From an uncultured Verrucomicrobiae bacterium (lineage in GTDB: Bacteria > Chlamydiota > Chlamydiia > Chlamydiales > Rhabdochlamydiaceae), in the NCBI GenBank assembly GCA_963806855.1, contig CAWDYW010000001.1:448001-512000 (forward strand): a stretch of 64,000 nucleotides of DNA, in the 5' to 3' direction. The notes beneath the pieces are model-generated. The model searched no databases and had not been told where the DNA came from. It saw nothing but the letters and a program-made list of their open reading frames with translations. How positions within the stretch are numbered: the stretch's first letter is position 1; each line of letters opens with the position of its first letter. The translations under genes and the position numbers were made by a program. Below are positions 60,375 to 64,000 of the stretch, piece after piece.

Positions 60375-60845
60375 ATGCGTTGTCCATTTTGCAATCATGA
60401 AGAATCGAAGGTGACTGATTCGCGTAATGCGGAGCAGACCAACGCCATTCGCCGTCGTCGCGAGTGCCTTCAGTGTTTGCGTCGCTTCACGACTTTCGAA
60501 ACAGTCGATGTGACGATTCAGGTAAAGAAAAGGGATGGGCACTATGAAGATTTTGATCAGGAAAAGCTCTTTAAGGGGCTTGATTTAGCTTGTCTTCACA
60601 CGCGCATTAGTCGACAACAGATCCGAGAAATTGTGTCGAAAATCACTGCAGAACTGATCGAACGTCAGGTGCGGGAAATTGAGGCGACAGAGCTTGGGGA
60701 GATCGCAATGAGACATTTGCGCAACCTCGATACTGTGGCTTATATTCGCTTCGCTTGCGTCTATCGACGATTCAAAGATGTAGATGAACTTAAAATCGCT
60801 TTAGAAAATATTGAGGAGCTGGCAAATGCCGCTGAAGAAGTCTGA
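60375..60845 (+). CDS. nrdR: Transcriptional repressor NrdR
   Basis: MRCPFC, IRRRRECLQC, ATP cone and VAYIRFACVYR. Confidence 0.97.
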   Translation: MRCPFCNHEESKVTDSRNAEQTNAIRRRRECLQCLRRFTTFETVDVTIQVKKRDGHYEDFDQEKLFKGLDLACLHTRISRQQIREIVSKITAELIERQVREIEATELGEIAMRHLRNLDTVAYIRFACVYRRFKDVDELKIALENIEELANAAEEV

Positions 60846-61194
60846 AATAGAGATGTTCAAGAAACGACTCGAAAAATTACGTGCAGAAATGACCAAATTG
60901 GTGCAAGAGGTCAGCAAAGAAGTCAAAAGCGACGTTCAATTGGCAGGTTACTCGCAACATCAAGCTGATGCGGGTACAGACGATTTTGACCGCTCTGTCA
61001 GCTTAACGCTTACCGATCAGGAGATTAAAGTGCTCCGCCAAATCGATCGGGCCCTTGAAAAAATTGACGAAGGGACTTATGGTATCTGTGATCTGTCTGG
61101 GGATGAAATCCCTATTAAACGTCTCGAGGCGATTCCCTATGCCACGATGACGGTGGCGGCACAGGAGAAGTTTGAAAAAGGTCAAATCGTCTAA
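60826..61194 (+). CDS. dksA: DksA/TraR-family protein
   Basis: HQADAGTD, IDRALEKIDEGTYGIC and RLEAIPYA; lies between nrdR and lspA. Confidence 0.9.
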   Translation: MPLKKSEIEMFKKRLEKLRAEMTKLVQEVSKEVKSDVQLAGYSQHQADAGTDDFDRSVSLTLTDQEIKVLRQIDRALEKIDEGTYGICDLSGDEIPIKRLEAIPYATMTVAAQEKFEKGQIV

Positions 61195-61678
61195 ATATTT
61201 AGAAATCTCAATTTTTTTCTTAATCCTCCTGCTTGATATTGCCTCCAAGTATTGGGTCGCTCACCATTTGCCGCTGATTCAGCCCTATTTGGGATTCCCA
61301 TTCGGAGGAATCGGCATTCTCGACACGACTCTTCTAAAAGTTTCCATCGTCCACATGACCAACACCGGCACAGCGTGGGGGCTGCTGGGCAATTTTCAAG
61401 TCGCGCTACTCATCCTGCGGATCATCATCACAGGAGGCATCCTCGCCTATCTGTTCTTTTTTCAGCCGGCCAAGTATCTCCGTATTCCTCTCTTCATGAT
61501 CGCCGCAGGAGCCCTCGGCAACATCCTCGACTACTTTGTCTACGGCCATGTGATCGATATGTTCTATTTCATCTTCTACAAATACTCCTATCCAATCTTC
61601 AACATCGCCGACAGCGCCATCTTCTGCGCGATTGCGTATCTGATTTTTTTTGGCAAACGGGCGAAAGATGCGCATTGA
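61172..61678 (+). CDS. lspA: Lipoprotein signal peptidase
   Basis: DIASK, NTGTAWG, GALGNILD, VIDM and FNIADSAI. Confidence 0.94.
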   Translation: MKKVKSSKYLEISIFFLILLLDIASKYWVAHHLPLIQPYLGFPFGGIGILDTTLLKVSIVHMTNTGTAWGLLGNFQVALLILRIIITGGILAYLFFFQPAKYLRIPLFMIAAGALGNILDYFVYGHVIDMFYFIFYKYSYPIFNIADSAIFCAIAYLIFFGKRAKDAH

Positions 61679-62372
61679 AATTGCGGGATCCTCTCAAGGG
61701 ATGCAAGTCTCCAAATCGCGTAAGCTCCCGATTCTGATCGATGCGGACGAGATGGAAGCGCTCTTTTCGTTCTTGGGCACTTTTGAGATTTTCGATGTGA
61801 GCCGCAAAGTGACAGAGGAGACCGCCGAGATCTCTAAAGCTGATTTCCTAAGCGCTTACGCCACCTATGTGAATGGGATTAAAACCGGACAGCTGGTCGA
61901 CGAGACTCCCTTGCGCCCCTATTTTTCAGCGATTTTCACCCTCACACCCGATGTGCTCTATGCAATTCCGGTCGGACAAGACAATTACTTGATTAAAGCC
62001 AAAAGACCGGTTGTGCAGCTCCAAAGGCACCATTTCATTTATACCGATACGTTTCACTCCGGAATCATCGGCGCTGAGAGTATTACCTGGGGGATCCAAT
62101 TCTCCTACCCGCAGCTATATCTCGATCCGAAAACAAATGCGATTGGAAAGGTGGAAAAGAATCCCCTTTTCCCCAATACTGAGCTTTTCCAGAAGTTGGC
62201 CAAATGGGTACGCGACCACACGAGCGCGACTCCTTTTGTGGCTAAAGGGAAAGTGACGAACCAGCCGATCCGTTTAGGCAAACGCTGTTTCGCCTGGATC
62301 AATAACCATCCAACCTTAAAGGCAAGAAATCTCTATGTCGCCGATCGAAAAAATTCACCATCATCTGATTAA
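61668..62372 (+). CDS. Conserved hypothetical protein
   Basis: In the operon, overlapping lspA and the next gene; WGIQFSYPQLY. Confidence 0.75.
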   Translation: MRIEIAGSSQGMQVSKSRKLPILIDADEMEALFSFLGTFEIFDVSRKVTEETAEISKADFLSAYATYVNGIKTGQLVDETPLRPYFSAIFTLTPDVLYAIPVGQDNYLIKAKRPVVQLQRHHFIYTDTFHSGIIGAESITWGIQFSYPQLYLDPKTNAIGKVEKNPLFPNTELFQKLAKWVRDHTSATPFVAKGKVTNQPIRLGKRCFAWINNHPTLKARNLYVADRKNSPSSD

Positions 62373-62811
62373 AGGGCAAAAAACGCTGGCTCTCGCCGAG
62401 TCGTGCACCGGAGGGCTCCTCTCTTCCAAGTTCACCGCCCTGCCCGACGCCTCCAAATATTTCCTCGGCTCACTGGTCGCCTATTCGAATGCGATGAAAA
62501 AGGATTTTCTCAAAGTCTCTCCCCTCACGATCGGCCAATCTGGCGCAGTGAGCCGCGAAACAGCCGACGAAATGCTGATCGGTCTGATGAAAAATACCGA
62601 GGCCGACTATGGGATCTCCATCACCGGCATCGCAGGACCCGCTGGGGGAACCGCGGAAAAACCGGTCGGCACGGTCTTCATTGCCCTCGGTGCCCGCAGC
62701 AAAAAGCCCCATGTCATCGAGTGCCACTTCAAGGGCGACCGAGCAGCGATCATGCAAGAAGCCTGCGAGCGGGCCATCATGGAATTGCTGCTGATTCTTG
62801 ATTTGAGTTAA
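62335..62811 (+). CDS. cinA: CinA C-terminal/PncC-type NMN deamidase
   Basis: AESCTGGL, GAVS, SITGIAGP and KPVGTV motifs. Confidence 0.92.
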   Translation: MSPIEKIHHHLIKGQKTLALAESCTGGLLSSKFTALPDASKYFLGSLVAYSNAMKKDFLKVSPLTIGQSGAVSRETADEMLIGLMKNTEADYGISITGIAGPAGGTAEKPVGTVFIALGARSKKPHVIECHFKGDRAAIMQEACERAIMELLLILDLS

Positions 62812-62889
62812 AATAATATAAATTATGCATTGACAATAAATAATATATTTGATAGAATTATAACTAATAATAACTATTAAGGAGTTTAC

Positions 62890-63351
62890 ATGTTGTTTTT
62901 TAGCCCATATATGATTGGCACTGGTGGATATATGCTTTATCGCTCATTTCAAGCAGATCACGGCCAAGAATTGGTTCAAGAAAGGGGTAGATTTCGTATT
63001 CCTACGGGGAATTGGGTAAGGCTGGAGGCAACATATTCTAATCAATGGATTTCTAAATACCTGTCACTTAAAAATGCAACAAGATTAGGGGGTTGTGTCA
63101 GAATTTTAACTGGTGTTGGGGTAGGGTTATATGCAGCTATAGCAGAAAGAACCGAACTAGATACTCTCATATTAGAGAGTATTCGAGAGAGTATTCGCGA
63201 CCCCATTGGAACATTGGGCAATTTTACATCTAAAGTAAGCGAAGGTACATCTAAAGTATATCAGCTTTACTTAAAAAGTATTTCAGCAAACCCAGACCCT
63301 AAGTGGTTGAAAAATTTGATCCAATCAAATTTGACTGACGGCTCTCTTTAA
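62890..63351 (+). CDS. Hypothetical protein
   Basis: 153-aa ORF with AAGGAG RBS and TTGACA-N17-TAGAAT upstream. Confidence 0.7.
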   Translation: MLFFSPYMIGTGGYMLYRSFQADHGQELVQERGRFRIPTGNWVRLEATYSNQWISKYLSLKNATRLGGCVRILTGVGVGLYAAIAERTELDTLILESIRESIRDPIGTLGNFTSKVSEGTSKVYQLYLKSISANPDPKWLKNLIQSNLTDGSL

Positions 63352-63682
63352 AACATTCCAATTCGAATCTGTCATGATCGAATCAAATTCTCCAGATCGA
63401 GTAGCGTAATGTGGTATTCGCTCAGGTGCGCGCCCCTCCTGCCATCTTGTTAATGTTTTTCTCTCTGCGTCCCCCGCGCCTCTGCCGCCCGAAGGGCCTC
63501 CACGCTGATGCAATTTAAAGACTGATGTATAAAGGGACTTGTGGGTGGTTTTTGAGGTATAAAAGGGTTTCTTTAAACGCAATATTGCTCGCCATCGCTT
63601 ACGTCCCTCAGATCATGAAAAATGGCAAGAAGTTTGGCGATAGGATCGGGCTCCAATGAAGGAGCCCGGGGTATGCTGAAGA

Positions 63683-64000
63683 TTAGAAGTCGAGATTGGG
63701 GAGAACAAACGCTGTGATTCCCAAGGCGCCCCAAGCGAGGGCGTGAAGTTTATGGCCATTGCGGGCTGCTTGAAACGCTTTGAAGAGACTAGCCGCTCCT
63801 GTGACTGCCCCGATAAGTTGCGGAATGTAACTGCTTGAAATTTGTCTGGGGTCAGGAGTACATATTTCCTTGAGAAAGCGGCCTTCGAATTTTCCTGCAT
63901 AACATTGCTTAATGACTTCTTTTGAACCCGTAACTGTCAAACTTTCGCATGTTAAACCATTTTCTTTCCAGAATTGATGAATTCCTTCCACCCCAGGCTT
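63683..64000 (-). CDS. Hypothetical membrane protein, probably cut by the window edge
   Basis: C-terminal hydrophobic pair LIGAVTGAASLF / LAWGALGITAFVL. Confidence 0.5.
   Translation of the reverse strand, partial: KPGVEGIHQFWKENGLTCESLTVTGSKEVIKQCYAGKFEGRFLKEICTPDPRQISSSYIPQLIGAVTGAASLFKAFQAARNGHKLHALAWGALGITAFVLPNLDF

Noticed and set aside
60826..61194. DksA with only one Cys as an unusual variant
   Set aside because: Zn-finger-reduced DksA proteins are already known, including in chlamydiae.
63325..63680. GC-rich stretch as an ncRNA or an 85-aa gene
   Set aside because: No recognisable RNA family structure or RBS; more likely a decayed continuation of the minus-strand gene.

Overview
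This is a 64-kb chromosomal segment, very likely from an environmental chlamydia (Chlamydiota). The assignment rests on chlamydia-like gene order: gpmA-nifS/nifU-birA-rodA; rpsL-rpsG-fusA-rpsJ without tuf, next to tsp; fused aroDE; znuACB near rplU-rpmA-obgE; and nrdR-dksA-lspA. The core genes are interleaved with AT-richer accessory genes, often in paralog sets that look like host-directed effectors: at least 4 membrane-anchored Fic enzymes, a double J-domain protein, 2 clan-CD-like proteases, 2 lipases, 2 ankyrin proteins, TIKI/RRSP-like metalloprotease paralogs and a possible ADP-ribosyltransferase. The window also holds a complete N-ATPase operon next to nhaD, an AroB-AroA fusion, a degenerate NifS-NifU fusion, tRNA-Phe and tRNA-Ser. 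The most striking structure lies at 33.3-47.9 kb. There, accessory genes are bracketed by short duplicated pieces of core genes (tRNA-Phe 3' half, aroC 3' end, aroK/aroC junction), with no integrase in the window. The duplicated coding pieces differ mostly at synonymous sites, which suggests cargo was stacked by recombination between diverged strains. A cluster of three tiny, very basic ORFs (57.4-57.8 kb) and a perfect 58-bp palindrome (37149-37206) are not shown by the ORF track. The frameshifts in fusA, rpsJ and tsp are most likely sequencing or assembly errors. All family assignments come from recognising motifs by eye; no database search was run.
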